Below, piece by piece: positions 37,401 through 50,714 of a DNA stretch of 64,000 nucleotides (position 1 is the stretch's first letter; each line of letters opens with the position of its first letter). Source of the DNA: Laetmonice hystrix. Its lineage: Eukaryota. The DNA lies in contig OZ249436.1 in NCBI GenBank assembly GCA_965235115.1, positions 42,534,001 through 42,598,000 on the forward strand. The letters run 5' to 3'. The position numbers and the translations under genes are program-made. The notes under the pieces are model-generated. The model was not told the DNA's origin, ran no database searches, and saw only the letters and a program-made list of their open reading frames with translations.

Positions 37401-38441
37401 CCCTGGAAAACAATGAGTCCCATAATGACGATACTGATATCTGAAATACTGAATCCCCGAAGAAATCGTTTCCAAATAAATCCACTTTTACCGCCCTTTT
37501 AATTGGTCATTAGGATCAAGGCTTTGCGTAAGAAAAATTCTGAATTACACACAGATGTAACCAAGCGTTTCAAGTCAGTACGTATTCAAGAATAACAACA
37601 AACGAATGTGGATGCCTTCATATATAAGCAAAGAATCTATACATCATTGATATAAGGAGACAGGACATTTACTTTAGAGGTCCAGTTTTTTTGCACAGTC
37701 TATACGATAGACTTGATCATTTCTGTTACAGTTGACATTATACTGCACATTGAGACTAAGTGCTCTCCTGACTAACCTCCCCACACCCTTTGCCTTTTCT
37801 TGCGTCCCGCCAACCTATGACCTGATGGACGTGGAGTGACATAGACTCAGTGTTATCGACCATTTTGTTCATAATGACAGGACATGTGGCTGGACAGCTC
37901 CTGACAGTGAGGCCAGGTCAGACCAGTGATATACGCCTACATATTACTGGTGTCTGGCATTAAATGGCCCAATCCGGCATGGTCTGCCATACCCTAGACC
38001 GCCCAACATGATGCTATCATTTCTGACAACAAATCAAACTGATTCCATTAGGTCTTGACTGGCATGTCTGACAGCATCCAATGATATTGCCCACGTCATG
38101 TTGACTCGGGTGAATTCATACAACAACTGAAAGCTAGGGGTAGTTTGCCAGCGACGTTTGTTTTAGGGACGACTGGCAGGTCCTTCAATCACCGTAACGT
38201 CTATCTCATGGGGACTTTATCAGCACCCACATCAAACATTGAGTTCTCTTGCTGGATGGCGGGCGGGTGGGACTGGTTAGCAGCTGTCTACTGCAGCACG
38301 ATTACCGCACCCACTCACCACAACACAACTGGAGCTCATTAAACTACTTTATATGAAAGTGACCTCTGAACGTGGTAAACATAAAATCACGGCCGCTTCT
38401 GGTCACGACCGCTCTGGCTGGAATGAGAATTTGTCATATTG

Positions 38442-38731
38442 AGGGGTGGGGGTACGCGGTGGAGGGACGGGGCGGAGAGAGGGGTGGGGGTACGGGGTGG
38501 AGAGAGGGGTGGGGGTACGGGGCGGAGAGAGGGGTGGGGGTACGGGGCGAAGAGAGGGGTGGGGGTACGGGGTGGAGAGAGGGGTGGGGGTACGGGTTGG
38601 AGGGAGGGGTTGGGATACGGGTTGGGGGTACGGGGTGGGTGTACGGGATGGAGAGAGGGGTGGGTGTACGGGGCGAAGAGAGGGGTGGGGGTACGGGGTG
38701 GGGGTACGGGTTGGGGGTACGGGGTGGAGGG
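38442..38731. repeat. G-rich minisatellite (~26-bp unit GGGGTGGGGGTACGGGG(C/T)GGAGAGA)
   Basis: About 10 imperfect copies. Source of the Gly/Arg- and Pro-rich spurious ORFs at 38372-38863. Confidence 0.92.
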
Positions 38732-41700
38732 ACCAGTCGGGATCATTTCGGATCAGCCCCTGTCAGTGCACATCGCCGTGATTGGAGGATGAAGTCCAGA
38801 GGTGAGAAACAATTAAGCGTGACACTGTTCGCGTCTAGCTCCAACTGCTGCTATCTCATCTGACCCGTACCTTGTGTTGGTCGGCGGGCCGGTGCCATAT
38901 TGGAGTGAGCCATACTGGCTGCTGGCAATGGTTGATGCCCATCGCTGTGCGCCTTATCTTCATCAGCAGTGTTCTGGCCATGACAGCCTGTCGTGCCTGT
39001 GTGTAACAGATGAGGTCAGCCACAGCTGTCTCCTCCATCAACGGAGGTAGACACAATCCTCAGTCTGCCCGGCCCGCTCTGGGTCATTGTCGTCAAAACG
39101 TGGCGTTTTTCTGACACTGATAAAGTTGATCCATGCCGTATACAACGGACCGGTTCGTTACCAAACCTGCGGCGACCCACACAAAACATCTCACTCTGCT
39201 TGTATGACCTCGACACGCTGGCAAGGTGTGCACACAGACCAACAAACCGTTCGCTCATTGTGAACTTCTCATTCTGTGTACTCTGGCACAGTCTGTCCAC
39301 ATTTCCTTTTCTTTGAAACTCAACAAAGAAACATTTTTTTCTGAATTAATCAAAGTCGTCCCACGCGGACAAACTTAATGTTTGAAGATGCACCGTTTGT
39401 AGATTACCGTTAATTAATTATTTACCTTGGGGCTTGTCTCAGGAATCCTTCACAAAAAGTTCAATGTGCTACGAGTAACGATGCTTTCCTTGTCCCAGCT
39501 AAGGACCAGTGTCCACGATCAGATTTAGACCCGAATCGCGAGAGACGTATGGATACATTTTGTGGAATAATAAATCTCCAGCAATCTTCTTCCAAAAATA
39601 CGATACATCGACAGAACAATTCTTCTATGCCGCCTGTATCTATACACGCTGTTTAGCGTGCACTTTGACGTGCATCTAGCAAATTGTAAGGAAAAAGTCA
39701 CAAACCGAATCGTCACTTTTCCTTAAGTAAGGCAATAAAAAGTTTCACTCCGCAACTGGGAAAGTCCTGATGGCAGCTTTTAGTGTTATTTTTTTTACTT
39801 TGTTCTTGAACATTATTTATATGGATGCGTCCAGACGCCTGTCCACCACAGAACACAGCTTGACACTAAGCCAGCCAACTGTCGGCAGGTGGAGGTCGGC
39901 TAGCCAACCATTTACAGGAAGTCTGTGCTATATGGAAGCTTTACAAGTAAATCAATCAGTAGGGACCAAAGTGAAAGCTCTGTCTGATAATGTCCTGTCG
40001 ACATGGTCAGTGCTTTCTGACCTCATCCGCTCAGTACCTGAGGAGGGAGCCTAGATAAGGGTGTCGAGCTTAGGTGATGAGGTGTCAGAGCCTAATTAGT
40101 GGCCGTGAGCTGCCAATTTCTCCGCCTTGTTGAGGATGGGCTGCCGGTGATGTTAGACCGGTGTTGTAATACAATGAGCAGTAACGTTGCAGGTGTCCCC
40201 TATACACAGTGAATGTATGCAGCCTTCTCAGGCACTTCATTATCAGCCCACCCGGCCACATGCCTCCGCTGGCATTTTACATATATACGAGCGTTGTAAG
40301 ATGACTGTTGGCAGGAACCGACGCCAACGTGTCGTCCCTGCCCACGCCTTGCCATACAAGCAGAAATCAGGGCCGGGCAGTACAATGGCGAGCCCTGCAG
40401 TAGGCTGGCTCCCGTCCGTGCCAGCCTCCGTATCTTTTGAACAGTGTATTTGTGATGGGCAGCTCTGAGAGCCTGACCCTCGGCATGGACTACCATGTTA
40501 CTCCGCCAAAATTAATTTCTTTACACGGTTCTTATGATAAACACGCAACCCTCCGGTCTCTTCAACCAATAACGTGCGCCTTGTAATTCGCCTCAGGACG
40601 GCGGCTCTTCTGATTAGCAATACTATCTTTTTATTAAACAGATGAGACCAGTGCATCTGGATGAAACAGATACAGGCCACCATGAAAGAGAAGCAGGAAA
40701 ACGGGCGCGCTTCACGTTAACTTTATCAACCGTAGTCAATAAGAACTGGAGAATGACATTAATAAAGGTGTCTTGTAACAATTTGGTCAATGGTGTGGAC
40801 GGCCTTCCTTACATGTCACTCCGACTCAGTATAGCAGGAATAAAAGTACCAGTCTTAACGGGACAATTATAACTTGTAATACTGCTATAATGTGCATGTA
40901 CATTAGATGAAGTGAAAATCATACATTTTAATCATAAGAAATAAAAAAAATCATACAACCCACCCAAATACACATTACAGATAAAAATGTTATTTATCAG
41001 ATACAATATAAAAGAGATGTGTCGTAAATAATTTGTCAAAATACAACGTCTATGTAATCATGTTCTAGTAAATCAGGTTTCCGTGCAGTCTCTATACATA
41101 GCTGGCTTGATACCGATCTCCCAAAATGTGAATTAATCGTTAACAGAATCAAAAACAAAAGTCCTATACACATGTATAAGGCGGTGCTCAGTTACCGAAT
41201 TTATCGAGGAGATTACGGTGTATAACCGTTTAACATGGGCAGTCAGGAACCGCGAGGGAAAGTTCATATTATTCACGTGCTACAGGAATACTACTGAGAA
41301 AACACACAGACTAGGTTAAATCTACAAAACTCACCTACTACTACTATAGAATTATAATTTCAAGATTAAAATTGGTATTTTATAGTTCAGCAGAAAATTT
41401 CACATACATCCACGTACTACCTATGGAGCTTTCGCATATATTCATCGCTGAATCCTTCGGACGGCATTGTCCCAATGGGGGGATCCTATCTTCTTTGGAA
41501 GGTAATGTGGTTAGGATTTGCATTTCTTACTTAATAAAAAAAACAAAAGAGAATAAATTCCCATCCCATACTGAACCTAGACTAGGTGTTGGTTTTCCCT
41601 GAAGACCAGCAGTAAGGAATGTCAAATCTAAGCAGAAAGCGTATCGATTCAGTCCGTATAGCGGCCTTTCCCGACCCCGTGAGGTCACCCAGCACGGTCA

Positions 41701-43912
41701 TGTATATACCCCGGGCCATGCAGCAGGCAGCAGCAGCAGCCAAGCATACTCTACTCTACCACAACAATAACAACAAGGAGGGCTGGTGATTGCTGCCCAC
41801 GACAGGGGGCGTGCATAGTCTGCCTCCTGTGACGTATCATGTGACGTAACGCTCGCACTGACACACGTCACGCCGTCACTCCGAGGTCACCCAGGTGAAA
41901 ACCTTGCCGACACGAGCAATCAACGCATCACTTGGGGCTGTCAGTCGACACGACAAACCCCTTTCTTTAAATCACGGTTGTCAACTCGTCACGCAAGCCA
42001 CAGATTTATTTCATCATCTGTAACTTGGTGCTGCGAAAATCCCATTTAAAAAAATAATATTTCAGGCTTTGTACAGTTTCGACTCATCATGACCAAAATG
42101 ACGATAAAATGCAGAAAAACTATTAAAATTGGGCACGAGGCAATTGTTTCTAAAATTGGAAACGCATCATGCCCTATTTGTACGCTTATTAATGAGACAA
42201 TACAGTCTCGTATTAAAGGTACAGGTGGTTGACCCCGTGGTACTGAGTGCAGCATCACACAACTGACCTTTGTCAGTGGATTCTACTTTCAAATCCACGC
42301 CTAGGGCACATGGACAAATCTCACACCATTATCACAGCAAGCAGACACACGTACACCACCTGGTGGGCATCACCAGCAGCACACCAGATGCAAACTGGAT
42401 GCTCATTGGCTACTTACATCCCCATCAGATCTGGCAGTCCAATCAACTTGTCCTGTACATTTTGTGCATTGTATGGGTACCAGGCAGTTGTAATGAGAGG
42501 GGGCCCCAAAACCACCACCGAGATCGAACCCAAGCATGGAGGACACACATCAACGGCACAAGGTTCGGGCCCAGACACAGCAGGTGCGACAACAGCGGTA
42601 AAACAGAAAAAAAGAGCATCTCGTTAGTCATCTGTATTAAAATACACATCAATATCCTCAGAATTACATCTACATGCTTGCAGCATAGACTCTGAACATT
42701 TTATAGACCCAAATAAACGCAAGGCTTTCGTCATAGAGGCGATGGCATACTAGTCCACATTACCTTACTCTTCAATTTTCCAAGGCCGATTAATCAAAAC
42801 GAGTCATGTTTCTCGAGAATGTTCAGAGCGCAGTAAATTAAAGATTTGGCACGAAACAGTTGATGCTAGTCAATGTGGATTTCTACAATGGTTGCTTCCC
42901 ATCACCATTGTTATGTAGTTAGCAGTTAGGGCTTTGCCTGCAATTAGTATTTGAAACGGATTTCTTGTCACATGTATACTGGTGCAACAACAAAAAAACC
43001 AAACTAATTTATTGCAACAGATATTTCTCTACATCTGTTTCACAGGAAGGAATCCGCGTGAGGACGAAGCAGATGTCGCATATTCGTGACAACGTAAAAG
43101 GAATGAATCTAGCGAGGGACTCGATGGCAGGCACCACCTGCGGTTTCAACGTGGGTCGGTGGGCTATAGTTACAGCCGGTCAGGCCGGCCTCGGTTGGTA
43201 GCATGCTCAAGTAACCACTAAGTTCAGCTCCCGCTTTAAATTGGTTTTACATGTAATGTAGTTTATTTCACATTCAGCGCCTGCATACCGCCCTGTCCAA
43301 CAACTCATGCCGACTCCCACAGTGACAACATGATGTCGAACCATTCTCCCATTCCAACCACGTCTAATACTGAGCTTACATTCGGCATGCACGCAATCTG
43401 CAAGCAATATCCTAATACACTATCTCAGCCATTTATTATAGCCGAAAGGACAAATTTAAAAAAATCTTTAAATATTCGGCATATAAATTTAGGTAATTTT
43501 TTTTTATCGAGTCTATCACCGATGTGCTCCGCCCCTCCCCCAGAAAAGAAACTCAGTCACGTTAAGTGCACTACTGAAAACATTTCGAAATAATCCATGT
43601 TTTAATGTAATTCTTAAAAAGAATGATAAAACCAAACACTATTTTCGACTTAAAGTATTAGCGTTAAAATTCGTGTGGGTGACAAAATCAAAACATGAAT
43701 CTTTGAAGGACAACGAGATTTAAAGGACGTCTTTCATAGAAAAAGTAAACAAAGAGGTCATAAATTAAAAGAAATTTGACCCTTTCAGATTTACGGGTCA
43801 CCTTTGCTGACAGGAATGGGGCACCCTGAAGCGCCTCATCCCTGTGCTGTCAGTGAGACCGTTTGGGGATCACCCAGAACCCAATGAGTGGCAAGCTGTG
43901 GTAATATCTTAC

Positions 43913-43999
43913 CGTTGTCAAAGCCTGCCAGCTGGTTGTGGGAGGTACTCTTCCTCATGGCGGGGCCTTGGGGAGGGTTAGCTGGCAACCGTCCAGCTT
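43913..43999 (-). CDS. USP54: USP53/54-like gene, small 87-bp exon (phase 1-1), not in the ORF track
   Basis: Acceptor ttttgactttcAG and donor G|GTAAGA. Reads in frame after the 48615 donor as (E)AGRLPANPPQGPAMRKSTSHNQLAGFDN(G) with no stops. Confidence 0.65.
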
Positions 44000-45952
44000 C
44001 TGAAAGTCAAAACATTCAGGAGAAACATGAATTTACATGGTAACCTTTGTCATCAATTAACAGCTTTAGGATCTGCGTGACAGGCACATGGACAGGTACG
44101 TGGGTGGGGACAACTAGCTGTGGGGAATTATCGGAAGCCATTTTTAATCTACGGTCACTAATGGACCTCCGATGCCCCGCTCGGAGTGCATAGATTGATC
44201 CTATAGAGAAGGCCCAGGTAGTGCTGTTGGCACACTGTCGTTGCTTTTAGAAAACGTTGCGCACAGCGTGGACATGCCGACCACTTTAACTGGTGTGAGA
44301 ATGGCCTGGCCTCGTGCACACAGGCGGCAACCCTCATCTGTTTGAAAGTCCTCCCTGGGTGAAGCTCAAGCACGTGAACTTCCATTCTCTCGTGCCTCCC
44401 AACTGACGCGATCATTACAGGGAGGCTTCAGTGCTTCCTAATGGCACTGTCGCTCTAATGAAGTTACGACCTGCCAGTCAGCGACTTGCTGAGGTGGACA
44501 TTACCACCGGCCCGTCACTTGGACACACTGCTAGCCTCCCATCACCCCATCACCTCCATAACTCAGGCCCCATAAAGAAGGACGTTCGTAATCAAGGGCT
44601 GGATATCGATTCGACACATCCATGCGCATTCTGCACAAAGATGATTGCAATCATGGCGTTGGTTGTTTTTTTTAAACTCAAAGACATGAATAGATCATGA
44701 TATTGATAATGTGTCATATAGGCAAGGCAATCACATCAAGAAATCGACTGGAACAAAAGTCAGTGTCATCAAAATTGAATATAGTGTCACAATAAAACTA
44801 CCTCGTTAAACATTCAATTACATGATCTGGCAGGTACATCGGAGGATATAATAAAAGGCAAATTTTCAATCACTCGCCTGACTGATAAATTCTAAAAGAG
44901 GAATAAAATATTGCCTTAGCGTTTTCTCCCCACTGCCCAATTAGTTGCCTCGAAACCTAAGAAGCCCGTCTCAACCCGTTACCCAGATTGATCATGAGGA
45001 TGGGCCAGGGCACGGGGCCTTCACAGCAGGAGGTAATGAGAAACTTTTCTTTTGCAACGCATTAGTAATTTAAGAATATTTCAGGTGAAACCATGAGTGC
45101 TTTTGGAAAGTTCAATCTCTCTTTAGTAATATGATTTACCAAGACGGATTAAATAGAGGATAAAATGTACTCTCCTCAGTAATGATCTGGTACAGATCTT
45201 TTGCGACCGCCATGATTTTCTGTAGCTATTTTTGCTAGCAACTCAATATTTCAAGCAGAAGATGTTATCTGGCCAACAGTCTGATTGCAGACCCACCTAC
45301 CGTGACCAGTTACATTTGGAGGGCAGTCTCTTCATCTTGTTACCTATCAATAGTTCCGCGGAATTCCTTCAAGTTAAATGAGTATCACTGGAGCCACGAT
45401 TGGTTTGCCACCTTCTACTCCCCCCTACCACGACCCCCACCCAATCCAATCTATAGATCAAGAATGGCAATCACAATTTTTGATTAGGAACCAAACGCAC
45501 GCCGAGATCTTAGGTTGGATAAGTTTCACACAGAAATCACACTTCATTTGTTGCTACCTTTTGCTTCTTGCTCTTTGTCCTTTTTTCCCTTCTCAAATAA
45601 AATAGCCTGTTACAGTATAAAAGCTTCCTCAAGAAAAAAAAAGGCTCGACCGCCTCCCTGATCCGTATTATAGCCATTACAATTCAATACTGCACAATTC
45701 TCCACTAGAAGGTTGTCATCAACGGTCAGCTTTTTGGTCCCATTTGTCCCAATTACATTCTAATCTAGAAAAAATGTATTCATTGTATCTAGACCCAAGG
45801 GGTTGTCATTTATAAAGTTGATATCCTAATACCAGAACGGGGGAGGCTGGGCGGCTGTCTTTGATTACAGGCCCGGGTTTTGGCCTTAAGAGGTATACCG
45901 ACTGCGACTGACCAGAAATCATCGGTGATGTGAACATAACGCTGGATCCTGC

Positions 45953-45987
<35 letters not shown>
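45953..45987. repeat. (CT)n microsatellite
   Basis: About 17 CT units with one interruption. Confidence 0.9.
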
Positions 45988-47057
45988 GCCCCGGGACAGA
46001 CTGACACGAGCATCTGTTGTCCCTCAGGTTCGTCTCGGCGGCCTACGCCAAGCCTTGGACCCTCGGGCCAGCCCGCCGATCATTGCCAGTACACGAGGAT
46101 TACGGTGAACCAGGTCACTTTACCCCGGTCCTTGGTCCTCCACCGCCAGGATGATGCTCAGAATTATTGGTGATACGACTATCTACTGTGATTTTATAAA
46201 TCTGGTACTCTTATTGGTTTGAAACTCATTTTATGACGATTTATGACTCCAGTCATGTGCACCGTGGGAAATGTAATAATGCGCCAAAAGGTAAGCAGCA
46301 TAATCAAACCTAAATACATCTGACTCTAATCGACGTAGATATTTCCATACCAGTCCGGTGGGCTGAGTGAAAGCGGTATGTCAATATAACAGAGAAATTG
46401 CTCTGAACACAAAGAAACTCCTCCCATTCGTAATAAAATATTACGGAATCCATTGACAGGGATTATATGTTTATTCAATACAGCCTACTGCTCACACCGT
46501 CATAACGTATGGCTATATCTCGTGTCGGCAAGCGAAACTCAACAACACATTGATCACACCTCGCCTGCTATCGAAACTTTCCGCATGAATACAAACCAAA
46601 AATCGCCCCCAGAATTACGGTCCAGGTGTTAGGCAGATGATACGGCCGCCATGAAAATCGGTTTCGTAATGATGTTCGGCCAGGGATATGGATCGAATAA
46701 TAACTATCTACTTCCCCGAGCCCTCACCACCTCGGTTGACTGTGAGAATTAGGGTTCTTTATTTTCTGTCGGCGTCATTGTCAAGATTTCAATGTGCAGT
46801 GGCCGCTGAAGATGACGTGGACGGAGACAGGAAGCGGGACTCGCCGATATCTCTTTATATCACGTTACATGAACCTATCTCCACCTACAATGATATGTTG
46901 TACTACAAGACAGGCAGAGGAAGCTGAGAATGTTCAGCGACGTTTCTAGTCAGGCTGTCATTCTATTATAGAGGTTACACATGTCACTGACCTACGTGAA
47001 GGGACGCACAGGGAATTTTAAACGGTATTCTAGGGAATCAGGATATTTTTAACTGAT

Positions 47058-47284
47058 AGGGCATCCATTAGAATACCGGGGGGGGGGGGGGCTGCAGTTT
47101 TCTTGAATAATTTGGGGGGGGGGGGGTTAAGGGGTGAAATAAATCAGAGTGGTTTTGTTGCTACTTAGCAGAAAGATTTTCTAACTTTCCTGCCTTGAAA
47201 TAATAAAACTTTGCAGTCCCGTTCGTGAAAAAAGGCTCAAAGGAAAACTACAACCCCTCTCCGAGATATGTAATGATGCCCCCT
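47058..47284. mobile_element. Small MITE with imperfect TIRs
   Basis: TAGGGCATCCATTAGAATACCGG ... CCGAGATATGTAATGATGCCCCCTTA with internal poly-G tracts. Confidence 0.5.
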
Positions 47285-48614
47285 TATCAACGTCGATGTA
47301 GACTTCACATTTTTCAAAAGCAGGTAGGAGAGACTAATTAATCAACTCATAAACATTTGATCTCGAGAGAAACAATTCTATCCCGCAGAACCTGAGACGG
47401 CTGTGTCGAATGTTAATTATTCTCTTCGTTTGTTTAATTACTGCCGTGTTTAATCCGACTTTTCAAGGACATGCGAACTTTGGGATCTTACAGCAGTCGT
47501 GCAGTGGCGTGTAGGCCTAACTGTATGTTCTTGTCAATGGATCATAGTAGGACGACACTGTGAGATACACGATCATATGGTCCGTGTATGGTTATAACAT
47601 TCACTAGCCCTCATCTAGTAGAATTCGGATGACGGATCGCTCTGTCAGCAATTACTGCCCATTGCCTTCAACTGACGCATAAACCGCACTGACTGGGTCT
47701 GACAGTGTGAATAACATTAAATACGGTAGTGATATCTCATTACATAGCAGAATAAAAATCTAATCTCGTAGTCCTGTCAGTAGCAATCGCATGCACCAGT
47801 TCAATCTTTTAGAATTAGATACCATCCTTTAGAGAGTTTGTGTGAGTGACAGACAGCAAGCGGTGGTCAGAATCCCACGGCTGCACACTTCATAAAGACG
47901 TCACCCAGAACAAACGACGGCCCACGTCATTGGGGGGGGGGGGACTCGCTCAAACTATACCCTGTGTTCATGCTTAAACTGACATCCTTCTTACCTCCGG
48001 GGAAATTCACAATTAAGTCACATTGTCAAATTATTCTCAAGTGTTCCTCCCACTCGAGCGCTAGCTGTCAGGAAACGGCCGCGGTTGACGGACCGATTAT
48101 GACAGACATTGCAACATGCTCCGACCTTCTCCAAGGTCCTGACTCTCGTCGCCCGATGGAATCAACTAATTGTCAACCCACTGTTCAGTGGGCAGGTCGG
48201 AGTCTTAGAGACAGCTGAACTCCTGCTGTCTCCTTCATCCTATAACTGGGTTGTCTCTACTACAGGTCCTGGACATTGACAGGAGAATCCTAACTAGATA
48301 CGTGATAGGGTTTCCAAATGTTTGCCCTAACCCAAGTATAGACACCTGAACTTTGACACAGGGCACTAATGGCATCACGTTTCCCAATCATGGTTACAAA
48401 CAGGACTCATGTATCATCTTGTTAACCTGATACTGTTTGGCATATTCTGTACACATTTCAGATATCTGCTATCCGTATTTCATGTCCTGAGTGAGATAAT
48501 TATGATATCATCAATAAGGTGTGCGGAATTACATTGTACAATAATAAACAATGCAGAATGCTTTTGAGAATATTATTGTAACATTATAGGATACAATGTA
48601 TTTACTGTTCTTAC

Positions 48615-50011
48615 CTGAATGCTGCACAGGCCAGTTTTGTTGATTCTGGATGTGTGTGTATTGAGCTGTGGTAACTTGATGATGTTGTTTCTGATGCATT
48701 TTGTCCAACTGACCAATCATGGAAGGTTTGGGTGGGTGAATGTCCCTGTCCATCCCAGTACAACCGTTTACCTGGGGCCGGGGGCACACATATGTTGTCG
48801 TGGGAGCGACCGGAGAGGGCTGGTTTACTGGTTTTATTTGCTGATCGGAGTAGGTTGGTGAGAAGGTCCGTTGAGATTGTCCTGCCGGTACCGGTAGGTA
48901 ACCGTAGGATGAGGCGGGCGGACCTTGATGGCAAGTTCCAGTCGCGGGTTTGTGGTACTGTTGATATGAATCCGGATAGGGCTCATTTGTAGGAGAGGAC
49001 ATGCTGTTGTCGCGGCTGTGGGCCTTGATGGTATTAGTCGAACTACAGCTGCTTTCCCGGCTGTGTTGGACCCCGAGGTTCGACCCGCACTGAGCCTGAC
49101 GGGAATCCGGGTGAGCCATGTAACCCCTGGCCACCCCGTCCCGGTACTGAGGATAATCAGCCTGATTACTATCGCCATATTCCACACCCTGGTGCAGGTT
49201 CAACTCAGAGTGAGCTCGCTTCGAGTCCTTAATGGATGCAGTCTTCATCCGCTGGCTCAGCTCGGTTTGAACAATGGCCCCGTTGCGATGATGCTCCAGG
49301 CTGGTATTGGTGTTGTTCTCGCCTTGAATCATGCCATCGTCCCTGGACTTGCTCTCCTTCCTCGCCATGAAGTCGTGGATTAGGATATGTTTGATCTGCT
49401 CTTTGTTAAGTCTGCTGCTACTGTTTTGGTGACTGTGGTTACCCTGGGGGGCGTACTGTGGGGGGCTGAGCTGTCCGACTCCCTGATCCTGATGTTTGCC
49501 TTGGTATTCCCCATTCTGAAGGCCGTTCTGATACCTTCCTTGACCGTCCATGTCCTTTGGTTGTGCGGCCTCTTTTTGTCGTTGTAGATAGGACTGGTAC
49601 ACCTCCACACCCTGAGGTCCCTCCGTCTGCTGTGGGGCAGCTGGTATTTTATTCTTGGCTGACCGTTTCTTTGGTAGTGTTGCATAGATCTCGACACTCT
49701 TATTGTTCTCGGCGACACCAGACCACTTGTCGTAGGGCGACATGTTTTGTTGTTGGGTAACATCTTTTGTTGTTGTTGGGTGTTGTTGGTAGAGGGCAGT
49801 GTCGGTGAGAGAGTGTGGAAGGTGGTGGCGGGTTGTGTCTATGCTATGAGAACTGTACCCAGAGTCTGACGAGTACTGCTGTTCGTACGACCCCGGCCCA
49901 CCATTGACGACCACGTTGGCGTGGTGCAGGTTGACGACATTGTCTTTATGTTGATGATGTCGTGGAGAATCAAACGACGCCCCGTCCGTATCCGTACTCT
50001 GGGAGCTCACA
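48615..50011 (-). CDS. USP54: USP53/54-like gene, large low-complexity exon (phase 2-1)
   Basis: Acceptor tttcccccAG|T and donor G|GTAAGA. 1397 bp within the 522-aa ORF, in frame with the upstream exon (AG+T = Ser). Gln/Ser/His/Pro-rich. Confidence 0.88.
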
Positions 50012-50248
50012 CTGGGGGAAACAAAAAAAAAAACCATCAAAGATCCGAAAGCCCTCCGCAGATTGAATAGATCCTGGAAACTTTTCAATGTTAGCATTGC
50101 TTGTTGATCGCTTATATTGTGTTGCTAGAACAAGATAGGTATTGACATCATCAGACATGATATTATTCTATTACTGCCTGATTGATGTGGGCCTGGAGAT
50201 TCGCGACTTACCATCAATCATCTGACTGTCTTTTGTTGGCAAGCTTAC

Positions 50249-50417
50249 CTCGTGTGGTCTTCAGCTGATAAGTCGGATCCATTCACCGAGTCTTGTCGTT
50301 TTGGAAGCCTCCAATGCAGAGATCGTATCCGAAGTAAACACGTGTTATATTTCATTCTAGCGTAAGCCTTTGTCTCCGATGTTAGCTGCGGCATGTTTTG
50401 TGCATGTTGAAGACAGC
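50249..50417 (-). CDS. USP54: USP53/54-like gene exon (phase 1-2), second half of a helical MIT-like segment
   Basis: Acceptor ttgttgcttccAG|GC and donor AG|GTAAGC. Encodes GCLQHAQNMPQLTSETKAYARMKYNTCLLRIRSLHWRLPKRQDSV..., continuing the helix FQAENLMEESGQKEMDGDLHTAMVLCTQAL. Confidence 0.85.
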
Positions 50418-50714
50418 CTGGAAGCAACAAACAATGACTCTTTAATAAGGAGAGAAAGCCATAATTCAATTCCGCATCCACTGTGAATACAGGAACATTT
50501 CCATGACTCCATGATAAGATAACTTCGTTAAGACTGGTTCAGTAAGGAACGGTAACATTTTCAAGTCAACATCAAACGGCTGTATTTGTCATTCCAACTC
50601 CTAATTACAATATTTCCCTGTAGAGCCGTATCCATAAAAGTTACATTAGCCTGAAAGTAATGATTGGCCATAACTCTTACTTCTCTTCATACTACCATGA
50701 TGAGGGTGACTTAC

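Noticed and set aside
36380..37560. Possible decayed L1/Tx1-like RT on the minus strand (LPDL / YYW near 36540-36570)
   Set aside because: Only one short motif and no colinear support visible by eye.
38372..38863. Gly/Arg-rich and Pro-rich ORFs
   Set aside because: Artefacts of the G-rich minisatellite.
47994..48065. Potential USP54 exon upstream of a strong GAG|GTAAGA donor
   Set aside because: The nearest acceptor gives an in-frame stop in the required phase.
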